This document shows, piece after piece, positions 12,283-20,823 of a stretch of DNA of 39,678 nucleotides. The notes beneath the pieces were generated by a model that saw only the letters and a list, made by a program, of their open reading frames with translations, did no database searches and was not told the DNA's origin. The DNA lies in assembly GCA_902535885.1 (NCBI GenBank), contig CACAVG010000003.1, positions 1 through 39,678 on the forward strand, given 5' to 3'. This stretch comes from an uncultured Alphaproteobacteria bacterium (GTDB lineage: Bacteria > Pseudomonadota > Alphaproteobacteria > HIMB59 > GCA-002718135). Each line of letters begins with the position of its first letter. Position 1 is the stretch's first letter. A program made the position numbers and the translations under genes.

Positions 12283-12663
12283 CATTGTTCATTTATCATT
12301 TCATTTTTTCTCATAGGCATAGAATCAATCAATTTAAATAAGCGTAAAAAAATTTTTTTATTTATACTATAATCTTTAATTGAGCCGTCGTATCCTATTA
12401 ACCATATTCCATACTTATTTAGAAAAGTTGGTGTTTCAAATTCATTATTTTTGAATTTTTCAAAATATATAAATTTTAAATTTCTATCGTTTATTGAGCA
12501 TTCATTTTCAGATACAAATTTTTTGTGTAGATAGATATATTTTATCCTCTTTTTTTTCAAAGGAAATAATAACTATTCTTTTCTTCCAATTAAAATCAGA
12601 TATTTGTTTGGCCATTATTTCAAAATTTATCGATAAAATTAGAATTATAATTACATATTTCAT
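12279..12663 (-). pseudogene. DUF4174-like exported protein with a 1-nt frameshift
   Basis: The upstream frame gives MKYVIIILILSINFEIMAKQISDFNWKKRIVIISFEKKEDKIYLSTQK and stops at 12508. The downstream frame gives KFVSENECSINDRNL...LIGYDGSIK...LIDSMPMRKNEM. Removing one base from the T6 run at 12519-12524 joins them. Confidence 0.78.
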
Positions 12664-12668
12664 TTTCA

Positions 12669-12743
12669 TGGTGCTGATACCGAGAATCGAACTTGAATCT
12701 GACCGTTACCAACGGCCTGTAATAACCATTATACTATATCAGC
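12669..12743 (-). tRNA. tRNA-Thr (anticodon GGU)
   Basis: Reverse complement folds as a cloverleaf: acceptor GCTGATA/TATCAGC, anticodon arm GGCCG-TTGGTAA-CGGTC, T-loop TTCGATT, encoded ACCA end; 75 nt. Confidence 0.92.
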
Positions 12744-12800
12744 ACTTTATAATATTAGCATAAGGAAATTATTTACTCAAATCATTCATAATTAACTTGA

Positions 12801-14006
12801 TTAGCCTTTAACGCTGCCAGCAGTTAAACCTCCTACTAAGTATCTTTCAAAAATAAAAAATAGTAAGAGTACAGGCACAGTTATCATTACTGATCCAGCC
12901 ATTAAATATTGTCTTGGTACTTCTTGATCATCAAGTTGAGTATAAAGACCTCTTGGTATAGTAAAATATTCTTGATTATCTAAAAACATAAAAGCAAATA
13001 AGAATTCATTCCAAGCAATCATAAATACATACAAAGAAACAGATAAAATTGCTGGCACACTTAACGGTAATGTAATTCTTAAGATTACCCCAATACGAGA
13101 ACATCCATCAATTAGAGCAGACTCTTCTAGTTCATATGGGATACCTTTAAAATATCCTTGCAACATGTAAAGTGCGACAGGAATAGTTGTTGCCGGATAA
13201 ACAATCATAAGACTAAACAAACTATTTCTAAACCCAAGCTGACTGAATATAACATAAAGTGGAATTACGAGTACTATAGCTGGAACCATATATATTACTA
13301 AAATAGATGATGATATTTTTGATCTTCCTGCAAATCTTAAGCGAGCAACTGCATATGCACCTGGAATAGAAAAGAACAAACTGACAAAAACAGTTACAAA
13401 TGAGACAATAGTGCTGTTTAAAGCAAAATTTAAAAAGTTGTATTGAGTGATAACCGCAATATAGCTAGAAAAAAAATCTGATATTGAATAAAAAAATGGA
13501 ATACTTAAATCAGTTGGGTTTTGTAACAAAACCATTTGGCTTTTTAAGCTAGAAACAAACATTAAATAAAAAGGAAAAATAATTATAAAAGAAAAAAATA
13601 TTAAACTATTTGTTTTAAGAAATTTTAAAAAAGAAACTTCAAATAAAAAATTACTAAAATTTTTAGCAGTAAAATATTTTTGTAACAGTAGATTAAAAGC
13701 TATAAACACTGATAAAATAATTAATAATTGATAGGCATTAATTTCTTTATTTATTAGAAAAAAATACGATAAAGCTAAAGATATTATAAAAATAAAAATG
13801 TTAGAGACTTGATTGGTAATTATAACTCGTATTGCAAAAAAACAAATTGCGTAGAGGAAACAATATATAAAAATATTTTTATAAATAAATATATTTTTTG
13901 AGAGAAAAATTGATATTGAAACAAAATCTCCAATTACAGCTAATAAAAATAGCGTAATTATTGAATATAAATAAATGAAAAAAAACTGATAAATATTATT
14001 TGTCAT
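12801..14006 (-). CDS. Carbohydrate ABC transporter permease (MalG-type) with hydrophobic N-terminal extension
   Basis: EAA loop IPYELEESALIDGCSR, AWNEFLFA, C-terminal LVGGLTAGSVKG. Confidence 0.92.
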   Translation of the reverse strand: MTNNIYQFFFIYLYSIITLFLLAVIGDFVSISIFLSKNIFIYKNIFIYCFLYAICFFAIRVIITNQVSNIFIFIISLALSYFFLINKEINAYQLLIILSVFIAFNLLLQKYFTAKNFSNFLFEVSFLKFLKTNSLIFFSFIIIFPFYLMFVSSLKSQMVLLQNPTDLSIPFFYSISDFFSSYIAVITQYNFLNFALNSTIVSFVTVFVSLFFSIPGAYAVARLRFAGRSKISSSILVIYMVPAIVLVIPLYVIFSQLGFRNSLFSLMIVYPATTIPVALYMLQGYFKGIPYELEESALIDGCSRIGVILRITLPLSVPAILSVSLYVFMIAWNEFLFAFMFLDNQEYFTIPRGLYTQLDDQEVPRQYLMAGSVMITVPVLLLFFIFERYLVGGLTAGSVKG

Positions 14007-15244
14007 TCTTCTATATCCTTAGGTGCTATTTTTTGATGAATGAAAACAAAAATTGCTAGAAGAATAAATATAAGTACAGCTACTGAAGAGGCAGTGCCCA
14101 TATTTGAAAGTGCAAAAGCTTCATCGTACACCTGAACCGTTAATGTTCTAGTTCCAGCATTACCTCCTGTTAATAAAAATATATCCTCAAACTTATTAAA
14201 GTTCCAAATGAAACGTAAAATGAAAAGCAAGGAAATAACTCCAAGTAATTGTGGTAATGTAATGTAAAAAAACTGTTGTATTTTTGTTGCTCCATCTATG
14301 TCTGAAGCCTCATAAAGATCTTTTGGAATAGCTTGTAATCTTGCTAGTATAAATAAAAAAGCTAATGGAAAATATCTCCAGCTCTCAAAAAGAATAACTA
14401 TAAATAAAGTAAATGGAAAATCAAACCCAAAAAAATCAATTTTTTTTAGTCCTAAGAAAAAAATTGGCTCACTTATAAATTCGTTGTTTAATAAATAATT
14501 ATTAAGAAAGCCCTTAAAAGGATCTAAAATATAAACCCAGGTAAACGCTACTGCTATTACAGGAGAAACAAATGGAAATAAAAATAAACCTCTAAAAAAT
14601 CCTTTTCCTAAAAAATTTTTTTCAAGTAATAAAGCAGCACTTATACCTAATAATAATGCTCCAATAGTAGCAAAAAAAGAATATAAAAAAGTTACCTTTA
14701 TATTTTCTATTGTTTCATTTTTTTGTAATATTTTTTTAAAATTTTTAAGAGAAAATTTTAAGTTAGTTAAAATATTATCTGCATCAGCAATACCTCTTGG
14801 TTTGCTTTCTTTTGGATTGAAATTATCTATTTCAAAATTATCATTCGCTTTAAATTTAAAAATGATTTTTTCATTATATTTTGGTTTCCATTCTTCAAAA
14901 TTACAACTCAATAAATTATTATTTACTGAACATCCTTCAGCAATTTCTACAGGTGAAATAAATTTTGAAATTTTATCAGTAATTTCTATATTAAATATTG
15001 GTTTTTTTTGTGAACTATTTTTGAATCTATATTCAATTAAAATATCATCTCCAGGTTCTATATCCTTAGTCTTAAGTTTTTCTTTTATGATAGGTTGTGG
15101 TGCTCTCAAGTCACCAAGTTTAACCTCTTTAAAACTTAACCAAAAATTTCCAAAAATAGGAAATAATATAATTAAAAAAACGATACTAATTGTTGGAATT
15201 AGCATTGTGTATGCTAATTTTGCTTCTTTATTTAAATTAAACAT
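14003..15244 (-). CDS. Carbohydrate ABC transporter permease (MalF-type) with large extracytoplasmic insertion
   Basis: EAA loop IPKDLYEASDIDGAT, IFLLTGG; ~110-aa soluble insert after the first TM. Confidence 0.92.
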   Translation of the reverse strand: MFNLNKEAKLAYTMLIPTISIVFLIILFPIFGNFWLSFKEVKLGDLRAPQPIIKEKLKTKDIEPGDDILIEYRFKNSSQKKPIFNIEITDKISKFISPVEIAEGCSVNNNLLSCNFEEWKPKYNEKIIFKFKANDNFEIDNFNPKESKPRGIADADNILTNLKFSLKNFKKILQKNETIENIKVTFLYSFFATIGALLLGISAALLLEKNFLGKGFFRGLFLFPFVSPVIAVAFTWVYILDPFKGFLNNYLLNNEFISEPIFFLGLKKIDFFGFDFPFTLFIVILFESWRYFPLAFLFILARLQAIPKDLYEASDIDGATKIQQFFYITLPQLLGVISLLFILRFIWNFNKFEDIFLLTGGNAGTRTLTVQVYDEAFALSNMGTASSVAVLIFILLAIFVFIHQKIAPKDIEE

Positions 15245-15250
15245 TAATGA

Positions 15251-15275
15251 AAAGGCGACAATATATGTCGCCTTT
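15251..15275 (-). terminator. Stem-loop between binding-protein and permease genes (attenuator/mRNA stabiliser)
   Basis: AAAGGCGACA-ATATA-TGTCGCCTTT, perfect 10-bp inverted repeat. Confidence 0.75.
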
Positions 15276-15294
15276 AATACGATAAAAAAAAAAT

Positions 15295-16635
15295 TTAGTC
15301 TATATCGCTAATTTGGCTATTGATAGCGGCTACTGCATCACTTGCAGATTTGTTGCCGTCTATAACTTCTCTAACCTCACGATTTATAATTTGACTATTA
15401 ATTACTTTTGAAGCTGCAGATAGCTGGCCTTCTTTGACCCCCCATCTTTCAGCAACATCTAGTCCTGCAACAATGTCATTAATGACTGATGCATCATATA
15501 AATCTTTAAGTGGTGCTTTTCGATCTACACCTACAGGTAAGCTACTCCAAGCTTGCACAAATTTATCTGAGTCTGAAGCATCTCCTCTACGAACAGGAAA
15601 TTTACCTTCAGGAGCGATACTTAAAGTTTGAACATAACCATCGCCAACAGCGTATTTAATCCATTCCTGTGCAACTTCTGTGTTAGCAGAATCTGTAATA
15701 ATCATAAATCTAACATCTGCCCATGCAGCACCACTTGGGTTACTTGGACCAGCAAAGTTAGTAATGAAACCAGTTTTACTTGCTAATTCTGGTGAAGTAG
15801 GATCATCATTTATTGTTGGAGGCGCTGAGTCTCTAAGACCAGCTAGTTCATCCATGATAAAAGGTGACCAAATAATCATAGCCGCTTTACCAGCAAAATA
15901 TAATTCACGAGATTGTTGCCAGAATAAATCACCTGGAGGACTTGCTTTCGCCAATTCTTCATAAAAATCAATTGCTTCAACACAAGCACTACCCATTTCA
16001 GCAATTCCAGAAGAATCAACAGGTGAGCATCCATTTGCTAAAAGTACGTGCTCTAGTACCTGACTCATAAAGTTTTCATCAGTTTTTGTTGCTGCCACAA
16101 ATCCATACATATTTGGTGGATTGTGTAGTGCATCAATTGCTTTTAGAATGTTATCAAAAGTATTTGGTGCAGCTAAACCTTTTTCTTCAAAAAGATCTTT
16201 TCTGTAGACTACCATTTGAGTCCAACCATCAACTGGAACTCCAGCAAATTTACTATCATAACTTGCCATGCCCAAAGCTTTTTCACCAAAAGTAGAAGCA
16301 CCTAACATATTAACAACTTCGTTTGTAGCATCTACATCAATTATGCCTTCTTCAGCCCAAGGTAAAATATACTGCAAGGTAGTATAAATTACGTCTGGCA
16401 GATCGTCTGCAGCAAAACCAGCTACAGCTCTTTTACCCATTTCACTCTCTGAAATTGGTATAACAGTAACATTATGACCAGAAGCTTTATTAAAATCTAC
16501 GGCCATTTGAACTTGTTTCATCATTCTTGCCGGCTGTTCTTCAGTAGTCCAATACTTAATAGTGTCAGCATTTAACGAAAATGATAAAAACAAGAAGCTA
16601 ATAAAAATTGATATAATTTTCATTTTTACCCCCAT
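15295..16635 (-). CDS. Carbohydrate ABC transporter substrate-binding protein (family 1, YcjN-like)
   Basis: Signal peptide; GVPVDGWTQMVVYRKDLFEEKGLAAP; YFAGKAAMII. Resemblance to E. coli YcjN is from recall only. Confidence 0.88.
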   Translation of the reverse strand: MGVKMKIISIFISFLFLSFSLNADTIKYWTTEEQPARMMKQVQMAVDFNKASGHNVTVIPISESEMGKRAVAGFAADDLPDVIYTTLQYILPWAEEGIIDVDATNEVVNMLGASTFGEKALGMASYDSKFAGVPVDGWTQMVVYRKDLFEEKGLAAPNTFDNILKAIDALHNPPNMYGFVAATKTDENFMSQVLEHVLLANGCSPVDSSGIAEMGSACVEAIDFYEELAKASPPGDLFWQQSRELYFAGKAAMIIWSPFIMDELAGLRDSAPPTINDDPTSPELASKTGFITNFAGPSNPSGAAWADVRFMIITDSANTEVAQEWIKYAVGDGYVQTLSIAPEGKFPVRRGDASDSDKFVQAWSSLPVGVDRKAPLKDLYDASVINDIVAGLDVAERWGVKEGQLSAASKVINSQIINREVREVIDGNKSASDAVAAINSQISDID

Positions 16636-16859
16636 TTTTAAAAATAATATTTCAATTTTTATGGCATAAAAGTTTCTAAAAATTATTATTAAATATTAAT
16701 AACTTATTAGTTTTGCAGATCTATTTTTAAAGGAAAACTTAAAAAGGATCATAATTTCTAACAAAAATTAATTGATATTATTTATAGTATTATCCACAGC
16801 GACCAATTAATATAAAAATCGTTTTAGTTTATTAAAAATTTGAATAAAGATTTCTAAAT

Positions 16860-17717
16860 ATGTCATCAAAAATCAACAAATTTATTTTGGGTTATTGGAG
16901 TACAAAAGGATTAGGTTCTGCTTCTAGGCAAATGGTTATATATGCAGGGATACCATTGATTGCTAAAATTTATAAAGTGCTTCCAAAAGAAGAAAATGGT
17001 GAAATTATTTATGAAGGTAGTTCTTGGCATGAAAATGATAAAATACTTTTAAAAAATAAAAATAGTCTAATTAATTTACCTTATTTGCAGTTTACAAAAG
17101 ATAACAAAGAATATGTTATTTCACATTCTAATACATGTCTTACTTTTTTAGGAAAAGAATTAGGAATGTTTGGAGAAAATATGCACGAACAAATAGAATG
17201 TGAACAACTTCTTCAAGAAAGTGTAGATTTGCGAAATATTGTAACAAAGTTTGCTTATACTCATTTTCAATCAGAAGAAGACGAATTGCAAACCGCAAAA
17301 GAAGTTTTTACTTCTGCATTTGAAAATTCTAACTCAGGAAAATTACAAAAATTTGAACATTGGTTGGATACAAAAGATGATAATTTTGTAAAAACATTTC
17401 TTGTAGGCAACAAGATTTCTGCTCCTGATTTCAATCTTTTCGATACGTTAGATTTATATAAAAAATTTTTATTTCATTATAATTTTGTCAAAGATGCAAA
17501 AGATGAAAATATTTTTGAATTAGCAGGATTTCCGCTTGTATCTGACTTCTTTAACAATTTTATAAAGCTTCCTAAATTGCAAAAATATTTAAATTCAGAA
17601 TTATATAAATTACCTTTTACTAATAAAGGAGCTAAGTTTGGTTCAGGTAAGAGTGGTATTACCTGGGATCCAGTAATTGATAATGATACAACACCTGAAG
17701 AAATAATTATCGAATAA
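16860..17717 (+). CDS. Glutathione S-transferase, Mu-class-like
   Basis: LGYWSTKGLG, NLPYL, SHSN, FLVGNKISAPDF, C-terminal LPFTNKGAKFG. Confidence 0.8.
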   Translation: MSSKINKFILGYWSTKGLGSASRQMVIYAGIPLIAKIYKVLPKEENGEIIYEGSSWHENDKILLKNKNSLINLPYLQFTKDNKEYVISHSNTCLTFLGKELGMFGENMHEQIECEQLLQESVDLRNIVTKFAYTHFQSEEDELQTAKEVFTSAFENSNSGKLQKFEHWLDTKDDNFVKTFLVGNKISAPDFNLFDTLDLYKKFLFHYNFVKDAKDENIFELAGFPLVSDFFNNFIKLPKLQKYLNSELYKLPFTNKGAKFGSGKSGITWDPVIDNDTTPEEIIIE

Positions 17718-17742
17718 AAAAAAATAGTTTAAAAGAATCTTT

Positions 17743-18348
17743 ATGAAAGAAATAAATTTTTGGTTTTCTATTGGCAGTACATATACTTATTTAACAGTTA
17801 ATAGATTGCATGATGTAGCAAAAAAAGAAAATATCAAATTCAATTGGCACCCTTTTAGTGTTAGAAAAATTATGATGGACATGGATAATATTCCATTCAC
17901 GCCGCCAGCTAAAAAAATAAAATCAGATTACATGTGGAGAGATATAGAAAGAAGAGCAAAATTTTACGGTTTTGAAGCTAAGGTTCCTGCTCCCTATCCT
18001 TTAAAAGAATTTGATTTAGCAAATCAAATTGCAATTCTTGGAATGAATGAGGGTTGGGGTGTTGACTATGTATATAAAACATATCAAAGATGGTTTCAGC
18101 AAGGTAAAGAACCAGCTACTCAGCCAAATTTAAATGAAATTTTTCAGGAGCTTAATATAGATTCTGATGAAACCTTAAAAAAAGCAAACGATCAGGAAAT
18201 AAAAGACAAATACTTAAGCAATACTGAATATGCTTATAAAAAAGGAGTTTTTGGAAGTCCTACATTTATATACGATGGTAAAGAAGTATTCTGGGGCGAT
18301 GATAGACTTGAAGATTGTATTAAATGGTTAAGATTAAATGAAAAATAA
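17743..18348 (+). CDS. 2-hydroxychromene-2-carboxylate isomerase / kappa-class GST (DsbA-like)
   Basis: FWFSIGSTYTYL, YMWRDIERRA, GVFGSPTF, FWGDDRLE. Confidence 0.9.
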   Translation: MKEINFWFSIGSTYTYLTVNRLHDVAKKENIKFNWHPFSVRKIMMDMDNIPFTPPAKKIKSDYMWRDIERRAKFYGFEAKVPAPYPLKEFDLANQIAILGMNEGWGVDYVYKTYQRWFQQGKEPATQPNLNEIFQELNIDSDETLKKANDQEIKDKYLSNTEYAYKKGVFGSPTFIYDGKEVFWGDDRLEDCIKWLRLNEK

Positions 18349-18439
18349 AGATTTTTTAGTATTATAAATTAATACAAAAAGTTTTTACAGAATCTTTATC
18401 TTTAATATTTAGTTTTTTTTTATATTTGAAGGAGGATAA

Positions 18440-18808
18440 ATGAATCTTAGTTTACTTTTCAAAATTCAAGGTGTTGTATTAATAGTTAATGGTTTGGGCT
18501 CATTATTTTTGGGATCAATTTGGATTGCACTTGGTACTGGTTGGGAAGCTACACCAGATTTAATTACATTTGGTCAGTTTACAGGAGTTGTGCTTTTTGT
18601 AGTTGGTATTTGGAGCTGGAGATTTCCTGATATTGCTGCGGAAAATCTTAAATCAATCGGAATGTTATTTGCTTTTGGTAGTCTTTTATTTACTGGTATT
18701 ATCTTATTTCATATTGTAACTGGAGTCATTGCAGGTGCTACACCTTATGTAAATGTTGTTTTAACTGCTTTATTTACGTTAGCTTTTTACATTTATAGTA
18801 GATCATAA
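18440..18808 (+). CDS. Small membrane protein, ~4 TM, unknown function
   Basis: Strong RBS (aggagga) just upstream; four hydrophobic segments. Confidence 0.8.
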   Translation: MNLSLLFKIQGVVLIVNGLGSLFLGSIWIALGTGWEATPDLITFGQFTGVVLFVVGIWSWRFPDIAAENLKSIGMLFAFGSLLFTGIILFHIVTGVIAGATPYVNVVLTALFTLAFYIYSRS

Positions 18809-18873
18809 TTATGCCGGCATTTGACCGCTAATTTAAATTTTCTTCAATAAAAAAATCAATTATAGAGATAATT

Positions 18874-18990
18874 ATGAAATTTTTTGAATTTATTTTTCCT
18901 AAAGGTCAATGGTCTCTACTTAGAGTCGCAATTTTGTTCATAATATTTATGATAATAGATTTTATAGTTGTTTATTACAAAATTATATAA
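18874..18990 (+). CDS. Putative 38-aa single-TM small protein
   Basis: MKFFEFIFPKGQWSLLRVAILFIIFMIIDFIVVYYKII; purine-rich agaga upstream; stop 11 nt before the next gene. Not in the ORF track. Confidence 0.55.
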   Translation: MKFFEFIFPKGQWSLLRVAILFIIFMIIDFIVVYYKII

Positions 18991-19001
18991 GACTTTAATT
19001 C

Positions 19002-20816
19002 GTGGCAAGTGATTTATTATTTTCTCTCAGAGAGGTAGAAATTAAATTTGGAAAAAAAGTAATTTTTCAAGATTTGAACCTAAATTTACACAAGGGTGAT
19101 ATGATTGCACTCGTTGGTAAGAATGGTGTAGGAAAAACTACCTTAATGAAAACTATTTATGGTGATCAAGATTTAGATGCAGGAGAATTATGGAATTATC
19201 CTGCTCTTAAAGTTGGATATTTTAATCAAAAATTTGAAAAACTAGATAACAAAACCATTGAAGAGAATTTTTCAGACTTACTTAATGAACAAAACAAACA
19301 TTTTGTTGATATATTTTGCAATAAACTCAATTTAGATAAACTTGCTAATGTTGAAGATCTTTCAGGAGGTCAAAAAAGAAAAGTTTATTTAATTAGATCT
19401 TTATTAAAAGATTCCGATGTTTTGTTATTAGATGAGCCAACTAATCATCTAGACTTACAATGTATTGAATGGCTAGAGAGTTATTTACGTAATTTAAATA
19501 AGACAATTATATGTGTGAGCCATGATAGAACTTTTCTAAGTAATTTCACGAATAAAGTTTTTTGGATAGATAGAGGAAAATTAAGGGTAAGCCCGAGAGG
19601 ATTTAAGGATTTTGACAAATGGTCAGAGGAGTTACTTGATCAAGAATATAGAGAATTAAGAAATAGAAAACAATTTGTTAATATTGAACTCGAGTGGGCA
19701 AATAAAGGAGTAAAGGCGCGAGTTAAGCGAAATGAAAAAAGATTAAAAAGAGCGAAAGAATTAAAAGCACAATTAGAAAAAGATGAAGCTTCTTATAGGA
19801 GTGCAATCAAATCTTTAAGACCTCAAGTTTCTAAAAAATCTACCGATCAATCTAAATTTATTGCTGAACTTCAAGAAGTTTTTGTGAAATATCCAAATCA
19901 AAGTGAATTTGTTTTTAAAAATTTATCCATTAAAATTTCAAAAAATGATCGTATTGGTCTTTTAGGTAATAATGGGAGTGGTAAATCAACTTTTCTACGT
20001 ACAATTCTAAATGAAATAAAAATTACTAAGGGTAAAATTAAGTTGAAAAAAAATTTAGAATTTTCTTATTTTGATCAGATGCGTAATGACCTTAATGGAA
20101 GAAAATCTATTAAAGATATTTTAGTGCCCTCTGGTGGAGACTATTTAAAAGTTCAGGGAAGAGATAGACATGTCTGTAGCTATATAAAAGATTTTCAGTT
20201 TGATCCTAAAAATGTTAACCATACGATACAAACATTATCAGGAGGAGAGCAAAATAGATTACTATTGGCAAAAGTATTAGCTAATCCGAAAACTGGACTT
20301 ATTTTAGATGAGCCAACAAATGACCTAGATTTAGAAACGCTAGATTTATTAACTGAAATGCTATCCAATTATAATGGAACGTTATTAATAGTATCCCATG
20401 ACCGAGACTTTTTAGATCAAACGGTAAACAAAATTTTACATTTTAAAGAGGATGGAAATGTATCATTATTTTTTGGAGGATATAGTGATTTTTTAAAATC
20501 TGAAAATCAACATGTTGCTAAAAATAAAGAAACTAAAAAATCACATTCAGAAAATAACAGAGTAAAAAATTCTAAAGCTAAACTATCATATAAGTTTCAA
20601 TATGAATTAGAGCAATTACCAAACCAAATAAAAAATATTCAACAAGAATTAGAAAATATTAAAAATGAATTGAAGGATACAAACTTATATTTGGAAAATT
20701 TTGAACGTTATCAAGAAATAACTTCCAAAATGGAAGTTCTTAATAGTGATCTCAATACAAAAGAGAATAGATGGTTTGAATTAATTAAAATGGAAGAGGA
20801 TCTAGTTAGTAATTAA
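19002..20816 (+). CDS. uup: ABC-F family ATPase, Uup-like
   Basis: Two ABC domains (GKNGVGKT, LSGGQ, LDEPTNHLD; GNNGSGKS, LSGGE, LDEPTNDLD), no TM segments, C-terminal KLSYK...ELEQLP coiled-coil domain. Confidence 0.85.
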   Translation: MASDLLFSLREVEIKFGKKVIFQDLNLNLHKGDMIALVGKNGVGKTTLMKTIYGDQDLDAGELWNYPALKVGYFNQKFEKLDNKTIEENFSDLLNEQNKHFVDIFCNKLNLDKLANVEDLSGGQKRKVYLIRSLLKDSDVLLLDEPTNHLDLQCIEWLESYLRNLNKTIICVSHDRTFLSNFTNKVFWIDRGKLRVSPRGFKDFDKWSEELLDQEYRELRNRKQFVNIELEWANKGVKARVKRNEKRLKRAKELKAQLEKDEASYRSAIKSLRPQVSKKSTDQSKFIAELQEVFVKYPNQSEFVFKNLSIKISKNDRIGLLGNNGSGKSTFLRTILNEIKITKGKIKLKKNLEFSYFDQMRNDLNGRKSIKDILVPSGGDYLKVQGRDRHVCSYIKDFQFDPKNVNHTIQTLSGGEQNRLLLAKVLANPKTGLILDEPTNDLDLETLDLLTEMLSNYNGTLLIVSHDRDFLDQTVNKILHFKEDGNVSLFFGGYSDFLKSENQHVAKNKETKKSHSENNRVKNSKAKLSYKFQYELEQLPNQIKNIQQELENIKNELKDTNLYLENFERYQEITSKMEVLNSDLNTKENRWFELIKMEEDLVSN

Positions 20817-20823
20817 GCGACAA

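Noticed and set aside
12494-12763. 89-aa plus-strand ORF
   Set aside because: Antisense to tRNA-Thr and the DUF4174-like gene.
14802-16295. Plus-strand ORFs 14802-15311, 15434-15631, 15680-15964 and 16086-16295
   Set aside because: Antisense shadows of the ABC transporter genes.
18811-18820. Perfect palindrome ATGCCGGCAT just after the 4-TM gene
   Set aside because: No loop, no U-tract and no second copy seen; too little to assign a function.
19002-20816. ABC-F gene as the missing sugar-transport ATPase
   Set aside because: It has tandem ABC domains with a Uup-like C-terminus and no MalK/TOBE features; ABC-F proteins do not energise importers.
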